A stretch of DNA of 64,000 bases from Candidatus Zixiibacteriota bacterium (lineage in GTDB: Bacteria > Chloroflexota > Limnocylindria > QHBO01). The notes below the pieces were generated by a model, which saw only the letters and a list, made by a program, of their open reading frames with translations, made no database searches and was not told where the DNA came from. A program made the position numbers and the translations under genes. Location: the NCBI GenBank assembly GCA_035687145.1, contig DASRYM010000013.1, positions 11,677 through 75,676 on the forward strand. Reading direction: 5' to 3'. Shown here piece after piece: positions 56,314 to 64,000 of this stretch; positions within the stretch are counted from its first letter, which is position 1, and the number at the start of each line of letters is the position of its first letter.

Positions 56314-56849
56314 GCCTGGTCGACGTCCTCGACGTCCGCGTCCTCGTCGTCGGTCGCGCCCGCATCGCTTCCGGAGAACCAGGCGCGCAGGTCCAGGGTG
56401 TGCTCGCGGTAATGGTCGGTCCCGTCGTCGCGCACGATGGTCTCCAGGCTGTCGCCATACGAGGAGCGCTCCTCCAGCCAGGCCGGATCCAGCGTCTCGA
56501 GCCCGTCGACCAGGGCCTGGTAGGCGGCCGCCTCGCGGCGGCGCACGGTGGCCATGTCCGTCTCCGCGGCCACGCGGGCCACGATCGCGTTGCGCTGGTC
56601 CACGTCCAGCTCGTCCGCGCCGAACTCGTGCAGCCGGCCCTGCGTCGCGTGGTGGACGGCCTCGGCGGCGTGCCCGGCCCAGTAGCCGAGGTGCGCCAGC
56701 AGCTCGCGCGCGCTCCAGTCGCCCACCAGCCCGGGCGTGGTCAGCAGCGCGGGATCGACGTCGTCGAGCGCGGCCAGGAACTCGGTGCGGGCGGCCCGCA
56801 GCTCGTCGAGCAGGGCGCGGACGTCGGAGGCGTCGCGTTCGAGCGTCAT
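56310..56849 (-). CDS. DinB-fold (four-helix-bundle) protein with acidic C-terminal tail
   Basis: 179 aa from ATG 56849 with WSARELLAHLGYWAGHAAEAV and DGTDHYREHTLDL. Confidence 0.7.
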
Positions 56850-56875
56850 CGGACCGATGCTACCGCCCGCCGTCG

Positions 56876-59335
56876 CTACGCGCGCTCCAGGCCGGCGTAG
56901 GCCGCGATCAGCCGCTTCACCCCCTGGCCCACGAAGGCGACCGTCACCTCCTCGTCGCCCTTCACCCACTGGCTGGAGACCACCACGCCCTCCCCGAAGC
57001 GCCGATGCCGCACGCGGTCGCCGGCGCGCCAGGTGAGCTGCCCGGGCTCGGGGGCGGCCGGCCGGCTCACCGTCTCGAAGCCTCCCGAGCCCAGGTCCAC
57101 GTCGCTGCCGGCGTAGCGGGCCGCCCCGATGCGCCCCCGCGCGCGGTCCAGCTCGGCGCCGACCGGCTGCGGCGGGGCGGACATGTCGGGCAGCGAGATC
57201 GGACGCAAAGGCTCGGAGATGCGCCGACGGTTCGGCACGCGGTAGCCGCCCGGGACCCAGCCGGCGTCGTCCACCCCGCGGCGCTCGTCCCAGCCGCCAC
57301 GGCGGAACGGGGTGCCGGTGGTGTTGGCGTCCAGCAGCTCCTCGGGAAGCTCGGCCAGGAAGCGGGACGGCTCGGACACGGCCCCCACGCCCCAGGTGGA
57401 GCGGTGCCGGGCGTGGACCAGGTACAGGCGGTCCCTGGCGCGGGTCATGCCCACGTAGGCGAGGCGCCGCTCCTCCTCCAGCTCGCGCTCGTCCTCCAGG
57501 GCGCGCTTGTGGGGCAGCAGCCCCTCCTCCAGCCCCACGATGAAGACCACCGGGAACTCGAGCCCCTTGGCGGCGTGCAGGGTGATCAGCGTGACCCGGT
57601 CCGGTCGGTCCTCCAGCGTGTCCTGGTCGGAGACCAGCGCCACCTCCTCCAGGAAGCGAGCCAGGCCCTCGGGGACGGCCAGCTCGTCGAACTCGGCGGC
57701 GTGGTTGCGCAGCTCCAGGAGGTTCGTCCAGCGCTCCTCGCCGTCGTCGGTCCCGTCCTGGAGCACCCCGCGCAGGCCGGTCCGCTCGTAGACGGCGTCG
57801 AACAGGGCGGACGGCGGCTCTGTCGCGGCCACGGCCATCAGGCCGCGCATCAGCTCGGCGAAGCCGGCCAGCGCGGTCCGCGCGCGGGGAGCCAGGTTCG
57901 GGTTGGTGCCGGCGGCCTCGACCGCCTCCCACAGCGTCCCGGTCCGCGCCTCGGCCCAGGCGCGCAGCTCGGCGACCGTCTTCTCCCCGATCCCGCGCGC
58001 CGGCACGTTGATGACCCGCTCCAGGGCCACGCGGTCGGCGCTGTTCCGCGCCAGGCGCACGTAGGCCAGCGCGTCCTTCACCTCGCGCCGCTCGTAGAAG
58101 CGGGTGCCGCCCACCAGCTGGTACGGGATGCCGAAGCGCATGAACGCCTCCTCCAGCACCCGGCTCTGAGCGTTGATCCGGTAGCACACCGCGATGTCGC
58201 CGTAGCGCAGCGCGCCGTCCTCGTCATCGGCGCGGCGGGTGAGCAGCCCGGAGAGGCTGCCGGCGCCCGGGCCGCCCACCAGGCGCTCGACCTGGCGCGC
58301 CACGAACTCGGCCTCCTCGTACTCGTTGTAGGCGTCGAAGAGCGTGATCCGGGTGCCGGCACCGCGATCGGTCCACAGGCGCTTGTCCTTGCGCCCCTCG
58401 TTGCGGCTGACGACGGCGTGGGCGGCGTCCAGGATGGTCTGAGTGGAGCGGTAGTTCTGCTCCAGCTTCACCACCTTGGCGTCGGGGTAATCGGTCTCGA
58501 AGTCCAGGATGTTGCGCAGGTTGGCGCCGCGCCAGGAGTAGATGGACTGGTCGTCGTCGCCCACCACCGCCAGGTTGCGGTGCCTGGCGGCCAGCAGCTG
58601 GCAGAGCAGGTACTGCGCGCGGTTGGTGTCCTGGTACTCGTCCACCAGGATCTGCTGCCAGCGCCGCTGGTATCGGGCCAGCACGTCCGGGTTCTGCTCG
58701 AACAGGTGCACGGCGCGCATCAGCAGGTCGTCGAAGTCGACCGCGTCGTCCTCGTGCAGCTGGCGCTGGTAGGCCTCGTAGACGCGGGCCGCGGTCTCGT
58801 CGTAGAAGTTCGCGGCCTGGCGGCGGGCGGTGGCCACGTCGGCCAGCTCGTCCTTGCGCTGCCCGATCCAGGCCAGCATGCCGGCCGGACTGAAGCGCTT
58901 CTCGTCCAGGTCCAACGCGCGCAGCACCTGCTTGACCACCGCCAGCTGGTCGGCACGGTCATAGATCGTGAACGACCGGGTCAGGCCGATGCGTTCGCCG
59001 TCGCGGCGCAGGATGCGCGCGCAGATGGCGTGGAAGGTGCCGATGGTGGCCTCCCGCGCCGCCTCCTGGCCGATGAGCCCGGCGATCCGTTCCCGCATCT
59101 CGTTGGCCGCCTTGTTGGTGAAGGTCACGGCCACGATCTGCCAGGGCTTGGTGCCGGTGGCCACCAGGTAGGCCACCCGGTGGGCGAGCACGCGGGTCTT
59201 GCCGCTCCCCGCCCCGGCCAGGATCAGCAGCGGGCCTGAGCGGTGCTGCACCGCCTCAGCCTGCGGCGGGTTCAGCCGGGCCAGGATCTCGTCGGGAGAG
59301 CGCGGCGCGACGGCGGCCGCGGTGTCGGGGGGCAT
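56876..59335 (-). CDS. pcrA: ATP-dependent DNA helicase PcrA/UvrD family
   Basis: 819 aa from ATG 59335 within ORF 56876..61624 with LNPPQAEAV, GAGSGKTRVL, VDEYQDTN, and a C-terminal RHRRFGEGVV Tudor-like end. Confidence 0.95.
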   Translation of the reverse strand: MPPDTAAAVAPRSPDEILARLNPPQAEAVQHRSGPLLILAGAGSGKTRVLAHRVAYLVATGTKPWQIVAVTFTNKAANEMRERIAGLIGQEAAREATIGTFHAICARILRRDGERIGLTRSFTIYDRADQLAVVKQVLRALDLDEKRFSPAGMLAWIGQRKDELADVATARRQAANFYDETAARVYEAYQRQLHEDDAVDFDDLLMRAVHLFEQNPDVLARYQRRWQQILVDEYQDTNRAQYLLCQLLAARHRNLAVVGDDDQSIYSWRGANLRNILDFETDYPDAKVVKLEQNYRSTQTILDAAHAVVSRNEGRKDKRLWTDRGAGTRITLFDAYNEYEEAEFVARQVERLVGGPGAGSLSGLLTRRADDEDGALRYGDIAVCYRINAQSRVLEEAFMRFGIPYQLVGGTRFYERREVKDALAYVRLARNSADRVALERVINVPARGIGEKTVAELRAWAEARTGTLWEAVEAAGTNPNLAPRARTALAGFAELMRGLMAVAATEPPSALFDAVYERTGLRGVLQDGTDDGEERWTNLLELRNHAAEFDELAVPEGLARFLEEVALVSDQDTLEDRPDRVTLITLHAAKGLEFPVVFIVGLEEGLLPHKRALEDERELEEERRLAYVGMTRARDRLYLVHARHRSTWGVGAVSEPSRFLAELPEELLDANTTGTPFRRGGWDERRGVDDAGWVPGGYRVPNRRRISEPLRPISLPDMSAPPQPVGAELDRARGRIGAARYAGSDVDLGSGGFETVSRPAAPEPGQLTWRAGDRVRHRRFGEGVVVSSQWVKGDEEVTVAFVGQGVKRLIAAYAGLERA

Positions 59336-59343
59336 GGGCCTCG

Positions 59344-59349
59344 ATTGTA
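59344..59349 (-). promoter_or_regulatory. -10 box TACAAT for pcrA (ATG 8 nt downstream)
   Basis: The minus strand reads TCCTACAAT-CGAGGCCC-ATG. It sits directly after a GC hairpin that follows the upstream stop. Confidence 0.4.
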
Positions 59350-59355
59350 GGAGAG

Positions 59356-59372
59356 GCGCGGCCCGGCCGCGC
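59356..59372 (-). terminator. Short GC hairpin after the GSDH/CWB2 gene
   Basis: GCGCGGCC-C-GGCCGCGC, which is effectively a 7-bp stem with a 3-nt loop. It lies 8 nt after stop 59380. There is no U tract. Confidence 0.3.
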
Positions 59373-59379
59373 TCCCCGC

Positions 59380-61458
59380 CTACGGGTCGATGGCCAGGAT
59401 CGCGCGCAGGTGGGAGACCGCGCCGCTGCCCACTGCGGACGCGCCGCCGATGACGGTGACCGCGGTCGGATGCAGCCGGATCATGGCCTCGCCGGTCTCC
59501 ATGGGCACCACGCCGGGGCGGACCAGCAGCAGCGGCACGTCGAGGCGGCCGGCCGCCGTGCCGCCGGCGATGCCGTCCGGGAACGCGGCGCCGGTGGCCA
59601 CCAGGATGCGGTTGGCACGCGGCCACAGGCGCGACACCTCGGCGGCGGTGCCATAGCGGTCGGCACCCGCCAGGCGGCTGACCGGACCGGTGGTGTGAGC
59701 GTCCAGCGCGTTGAGCACCGCGTTCGAGATCGCCGCGGTGCCGCCCAGCACGTAGATCCGTCCCGGCCTGAGGCGCTGCAGCTCGGCGATGGTGGCCGAC
59801 GGCAGCTCGTCGCGCCGGGTGAGGAGCAGCGGTCCGCCCAGGTGGGCGGCCGCCGCCACCCCTGCCAGCGCATCGGCGAACGTCGCTCCGGTGGCGATGA
59901 AGGCCACCGGTACCCCGATCGGGAAGGTGTCCCGGCTGACGTGGGCGGCGGTCTGGTAGCGATCGGCCCCGTCGCGTCGCTCGACGGTGCCAGTCGTGTA
60001 CGCACCAAGGTCGTTCAGCACGCCCTGCGAGATCGCTGCGGTGCCGCCCAGCACCACGATCCGCGCGGGGTTCAGGCGCTCGAGCTCGGCCGCGGTGGCC
60101 GGCGGAATGGCGGTGCGGGTCACCAGCAGCAGCGGCCCGTTCTCGTGGGCGGCCGCCGCCCCGCCGGTCAACGCATCGGCGAAGTCCGCCCCGGTCGCCA
60201 CGTATACCACACCGACGCCGGGCGATGTCGTGCGCTGGCTGACCACGGCGGCGGTGCCGTAGCGGTCGGCGCCAGCCCAGCGGTCGACGAGTGGGGTGGT
60301 GACCGCCACGCGAATGACGCGGTCGTTGCTGCCGTTCGAGGTGGTCAGGTACAGCTGCCCGGCCGGGCCGCGGGCCGCCGCGCGCAGCCGGCCCCAGCTG
60401 CCGTTGAAGTGGACGGCGACCTGGGTGGCCGTGGCCCCGTCGCCCGACATAATGAAGCGGCGCAGGTCGGCCTCCTTGAGCTGCGCCACGAACAGGTGCC
60501 CGTCCCAATCGGCCCACGGGCTGCCGTCGGCGAAGGCCAGGCCGGAGGTGGCGATGGTCGGCACGCCGGAGGTCCAGGCCGGGGTCAGGTACTCCGATGC
60601 CGGCCCGCAGACCGGGTGCGCCAGGCGGGGCACGCCGGCGCCGGTGTAGCACGGCCAGCCGTAGTTCCCGCCGGCCTGGATGCGGTTGATCTCGTCGTCG
60701 CGGTCCGGTCCGTGCTCCGCGGTGTACACGCGGTCGGTCCCTGGCTGGAAGGCGATGCCCTGAGGGTTGCGGTGGCCCATGGAGAAGACCGCGGTCCGCG
60801 CGGATGCGCCCTCCATGATCGGGTTGTCGGACGGGATGCTGCCGTCGCGGTGGATGCGCAGCACCTTGCCGTTCAGGCTGCTCGGGTTCTGCGCCAGGAG
60901 GGCGTCGTTCGCGTCGCCCATGGTGATCCACAGCCGTCCGAAGCGGTCCATCTCCAGGGCACAGCCGTTGTGGATGACGTTGGCCCGCATGCCGGTCAGC
61001 AGGACCCGCCCGTCGGTCCATGACAGGTCGGCGGCGACCCGATAGCGCAGCACCTGGTTGGTCCAGGCTCCGCCCACACTGCGCGAGGCGCAGACGTATA
61101 CGAACCGGTTGGCGGCGAAGCCGACGTCCACCGCGATCCCCATCAGGCCTGCCTCCCCCTCGGCGCGCACGTTCGGGATGGTGATCGTCCGCAGCAGCGG
61201 CGCGCCGGCCGCCCCACTGGCGTAGATGCGGACCCGACCGGGGCGCTCGGTCACCAGCAGGTGGCCATCGGGCGTGAAGGCCACGTCCCAGGGATGGACG
61301 AGCCCGTCCTGCACGACGGTGGGGGTCATGGTGGGAGGGGCGGCTGCGACCGGCGCCGCCGCGGGCCAGCCGGTCGCGAGGATGGCGCCGACCGCGAGCG
61401 CCATCAGGACACGGGTTCGTGCTCCCCGGCCGGACGGCAGCCGGAGTCCGGGATCCAC
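59380..61458 (-). CDS. Secreted PQQ-dependent sugar (glucose/sorbosone) dehydrogenase-like beta-propeller + three CWB2-like cell-wall-binding repeats
   Basis: About 692 aa from GTG 61458, with TACACT 6 nt upstream. This start gives the signal peptide [30 protein letters not shown]. The propeller has [31 protein letters not shown] and GGNYGWP. The C-terminus has three GADRY(G/Q)TAA...ATGA.FADAL repeats. Alternative starts are at 61500 and 61404. Confidence 0.8.
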   Translation of the reverse strand: MDPGLRLPSGRGARTRVLMALAVGAILATGWPAAAPVAAAPPTMTPTVVQDGLVHPWDVAFTPDGHLLVTERPGRVRIYASGAAGAPLLRTITIPNVRAEGEAGLMGIAVDVGFAANRFVYVCASRSVGGAWTNQVLRYRVAADLSWTDGRVLLTGMRANVIHNGCALEMDRFGRLWITMGDANDALLAQNPSSLNGKVLRIHRDGSIPSDNPIMEGASARTAVFSMGHRNPQGIAFQPGTDRVYTAEHGPDRDDEINRIQAGGNYGWPCYTGAGVPRLAHPVCGPASEYLTPAWTSGVPTIATSGLAFADGSPWADWDGHLFVAQLKEADLRRFIMSGDGATATQVAVHFNGSWGRLRAAARGPAGQLYLTTSNGSNDRVIRVAVTTPLVDRWAGADRYGTAAVVSQRTTSPGVGVVYVATGADFADALTGGAAAAHENGPLLLVTRTAIPPATAAELERLNPARIVVLGGTAAISQGVLNDLGAYTTGTVERRDGADRYQTAAHVSRDTFPIGVPVAFIATGATFADALAGVAAAAHLGGPLLLTRRDELPSATIAELQRLRPGRIYVLGGTAAISNAVLNALDAHTTGPVSRLAGADRYGTAAEVSRLWPRANRILVATGAAFPDGIAGGTAAGRLDVPLLLVRPGVVPMETGEAMIRLHPTAVTVIGGASAVGSGAVSHLRAILAIDP

Positions 61459-61616
61459 GCGGTGAGTGTATGCGCCCCGCCCGGTGGCAGGGGTGGCCAA
61501 TTCGTCGGCCGCCGCTCGGACAATCGTCCACCCGGTGGGTCCGAGGGATGTCGCGGCGAACTCGGGACATCGGCGCGATGCTCCGCGCGCGACGGCGCGC
61601 GGACCATCTCCGCGTC

Positions 61617-62582
61617 ATGGCCATCGCAACCCGAACCGTTCAGCCGCACTCGAAGTGGGTCGGTCGCCTGCTGATGATCGCGACCATCGTGGCCGGCATC
61701 GGCCTGGGCGCCATGGGAGGCGCCCTGCTGGGTGGCAGCCTGCCGGGCTCGGGAGGCCCAGGCCCGCTGACGCCGGACAACTCCCCCATCCTCGCTCCAG
61801 CCCCGAGCGGGAGCCCGGCCGGGAGCCCGACGCCCGAGCCGACCGCCTCGCCGTCCCCGTCACCCTCGCCGACCGCCAGCCCGACCCCGACGCGGGTCCC
61901 GACCCCGGTCCCCACGCCGGCGCGCAGCCCGCGCCCGACTGTGGCGCCCACTCCGGCGCCGCCGCCATCGGGGCCGCCGGCCTGCCGCTACGACGACGTC
62001 CTGACCTTCCACACGGACCTGGCCAGCTGGCGCATCACGCTGATGGACACCGTCTACATGCTGCCGGGCAGCTACGCACCCGGCGACCTGGTCGACTCCA
62101 GCGTGGCCGGGCTGAACGGCGGCTATCCGATCCGCAGCGTCATCCTCGCCGACCTGTCGGCCATGGTGGCCGATGCGCGGGCCGCCGGCGCACCGCTGGG
62201 CGTCCAGAGCGCGTACCGCAGCTACTCGCAGCAGGCCTCGACCTTCCAGTACTGGGTCAACCTGGTCGGCTACGAGCAGGCCCTGCGCACCAGCGCCCGG
62301 GCCGGGCACAGCGAGCACCAGCTCGGCACGACCCTGGACTTCAAGTCCGCCGGCGGCCCGCCGCCATGGGAGTACGCCGACTGGGCGAGCACACCGGCCG
62401 GCGCCTGGATGAAGGCCAACGCCTGGAAGTACGGCTTCGTGATGAGCTACCCGGCCGGGGCCTTCGCCCACACCTGCTACGACTACGAGCCGTGGCACTA
62501 CCGCTACGTCGGCCGCGAGCTGGCGGCCCGGATCCATGCCAGCGGCCTGACCCCGCGGCAGGTGCTCTGGGCGCTGCAGTAG
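61617..62582 (+). CDS. M15-family D-alanyl-D-alanine carboxypeptidase (VanY-like) with TM anchor and Pro-rich linker
   Basis: About 321 aa, with an uncertain start (61548, 61578 or 61617). TM helix [21 protein letters not shown], a PSPSPSPT linker, then SAYRSYSQQ...[13 protein letters not shown]...EPWHYRYVG. Confidence 0.8.
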   Translation: MAIATRTVQPHSKWVGRLLMIATIVAGIGLGAMGGALLGGSLPGSGGPGPLTPDNSPILAPAPSGSPAGSPTPEPTASPSPSPSPTASPTPTRVPTPVPTPARSPRPTVAPTPAPPPSGPPACRYDDVLTFHTDLASWRITLMDTVYMLPGSYAPGDLVDSSVAGLNGGYPIRSVILADLSAMVADARAAGAPLGVQSAYRSYSQQASTFQYWVNLVGYEQALRTSARAGHSEHQLGTTLDFKSAGGPPPWEYADWASTPAGAWMKANAWKYGFVMSYPAGAFAHTCYDYEPWHYRYVGRELAARIHASGLTPRQVLWALQ

Positions 62583-62698
62583 AGGGTCCGACAGATCGGG
62601 CAAAACCCCGACTGTCCGCGCTCATCGGCGCCCTGCGCCATCCACACCGGTGACGGACCGATGGCGAGGCGAATCGAAACGTCTCTCGCCACGCGAAC

Positions 62699-62727
62699 GG
62701 GCCCCGGCGGGCGAACCGCCGGGGCCC
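62699..62727. terminator. Palindromic GC hairpin between convergent M15 peptidase and groEL genes
   Basis: A perfect 12-bp stem (GGGCCCCGGCGG-GCGAA-CCGCCGGGGCCC), 22 nt downstream of the groEL stop. Confidence 0.5.
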
Positions 62728-62748
62728 ATCGGTCCCGAGGTGTGAGGC

Positions 62749-64000
62749 CTAGTAATCCATGCCACCCGGGGGCATGGGGGCGGCCTTCTCCTTCTCCGGG
62801 ATGTCGGTGATCACCGTCTCGGTGGTCAGCAGCAGCGCAGCGACCGAGGCGGCGTTCTCCAGCGCGGAACGCGTCACCTTGGCCGGGTCGATGATGCCGG
62901 CCGCGAACATGTCGCAGTACTCGCCCTTCTGGGCGTCGTAGCCATGACCCGGCTCCAGCTTGCGCACGGCCTCGACCACCACCGAGCCCTCCATGCCGGC
63001 GTTGTCCGCGATCTGGCGGAGTGGCTCCTCCAGCGCGCGGCGCAGGATCTGCACGCCGATGGCCTCGTCGTTCAGCGCCTCGACCTTGTCGAGCGCCGGA
63101 GCGGCATGGACGAGGACCGAGCCGCCGCCGGCGACCATGCCCTCCTCCACACCGGCGCGGGCCGCCGACAGGGCGTCCTCGATGCGGTGCTTCTTCTCCT
63201 TCAGCTCGACCTCGGTGGCCGCGCCGACCTTGAGCACCGCCACGCCGCCGGAGAGCTTGGCCAGGCGCTCCTGGAGCTTCTCGCGATCGAAGTCACTGGT
63301 GGTGTCCTCGATCTGGAGCTTGATCTGCGACTTGCGGGCCTCGATGGCCTTCGGGTCGCCCTTGCCCTCGACGATGGTGGTGGTGTCCTTGGTGGCCGTC
63401 ACGCGGCGCGCCTGGCCGAGGTCCTCGATCGTCACGCTGTCGAGCTTGCGACCGACCTCCTCGCTGATGACACGGCCGCCGGTCAGGATCGCGATGTCCT
63501 CCAGCATGGCCTTGCGGCGATCGCCGAAGCCCGGGGCCTTGATGGCCAGCACGTTGATGGTGCCGCGCATCTTGTTGACGACCAGGGTCGGGAGCGCCTC
63601 ACCGTCCACGTCCTCGGCCACGATCAGGAGCGGGCGGCTGGTGCTGACCACCTTCTCCAGGGTGGGCAGGATGTCCGCCACGGCGCTGATCTTCTTGTCG
63701 GTGACCAGGATGTAGGGGTTCTCCAGGACGGCCTCCAGCTTGCCGCCCTCGGTGCTGGTCACGAAGTACGGGCTCAGGTAGCCGCGGTCGAGCTGCATGC
63801 CCTCGACGTACTCGACGTCGAGCTTCAGGCCCTGGCTCTCCTCCACGGTCACCACGCCGTCCTTGCCGACCTTTTCCATGACCTCGGAGATCAGGTCGCC
63901 GATCTCCGCGTCACGGGCGCTGATGGCGGCGATGTGGGCGATGTCCTCGCGGGTCTGGACCGGGCGGGCCAGGCGCTTGATCTCCTCGACCACCGCGTCG
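62749..64000 (-). CDS. groEL: Chaperonin GroEL (60 kDa), 5' end outside the window
   Basis: The frame is open to nt 64000. It has [24 protein letters not shown] and [19 protein letters not shown], and the C-terminal tail is MPPGGMDY. Confidence 0.95.
   Translation of the reverse strand, partial: DAVVEEIKRLARPVQTREDIAHIAAISARDAEIGDLISEVMEKVGKDGVVTVEESQGLKLDVEYVEGMQLDRGYLSPYFVTSTEGGKLEAVLENPYILVTDKKISAVADILPTLEKVVSTSRPLLIVAEDVDGEALPTLVVNKMRGTINVLAIKAPGFGDRRKAMLEDIAILTGGRVISEEVGRKLDSVTIEDLGQARRVTATKDTTTIVEGKGDPKAIEARKSQIKLQIEDTTSDFDREKLQERLAKLSGGVAVLKVGAATEVELKEKKHRIEDALSAARAGVEEGMVAGGGSVLVHAAPALDKVEALNDEAIGVQILRRALEEPLRQIADNAGMEGSVVVEAVRKLEPGHGYDAQKGEYCDMFAAGIIDPAKVTRSALENAASVAALLLTTETVITDIPEKEKAAPMPPGGMDY

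Noticed and set aside
56876-61624. 1582-aa ORF read as a giant helicase fusion
   Set aside because: PcrA begins at ATG 59335 (MPPDTAAAV...LNPPQAEAV). The upstream part is an out-of-frame read-through across the GSDH/CWB2 gene and has Arg/Gly-rich nonsense composition. Similarly, 22998..24197, 32831..33928, 51958..53520, 16461..18176, 35158..35853 and 56310..58187 are real only in their 3' parts.

Overview
Very GC-rich bacterial chromosomal segment (about 70% GC by eye, not computed). The lineage looks Actinomycetota- or Chloroflexota-like, but I cannot assign it from sequence alone. Most of the window is housekeeping replication, repair and translation genes on the minus strand: coaE-fpg-polA, dnaE, a class-II uvrA paralog, gatB, gatCA, ligA, pcrA and a 5'-partial groEL. 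There is also a tRNA-Leu(CAA), a partial Tad-pilus locus, an ECF sigma/anti-sigma pair, one amino-acid ABC transporter, and many small detox or stress-fold genes (VOC, DinB, SRPBCC, alpha/beta hydrolase, DHFR-like). I found no CRISPR array, rRNA, integrase or transposase. Three things the gene list does not explain stand out. (1) A 26-29 bp inverted-repeat motif (GCGCACCTGGTGTGAAT-ACGACC-NN-TCG) occurs about 10 times. It forms 94-142 bp hairpin, MITE-like elements at three loci and brackets an XRE-HTH + PD-(D/E)xK-like nuclease gene. (2) A second family of ~167 bp elements with ~30 bp terminal inverted repeats and a central hairpin is present in three copies around an SRPBCC gene. (3) 19 genes share a TANNNT-N6-8-start geometry, implying many leaderless mRNAs; I used this to choose start codons. 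Secondary observations: a UvrA2/AlkZ-like/DUF1801 operon, a PadR/membrane-sensor/His-rich operon with a clean promoter-operator, two DinB-fold genes inserted between pcrA and ligA, gatB separated from gatCA, tandem J-domain/DUF3820-like paralogs, two CWB2-anchored secreted proteins, and a patch of decayed genes. All family calls come from motif recognition by eye. No database search was run.
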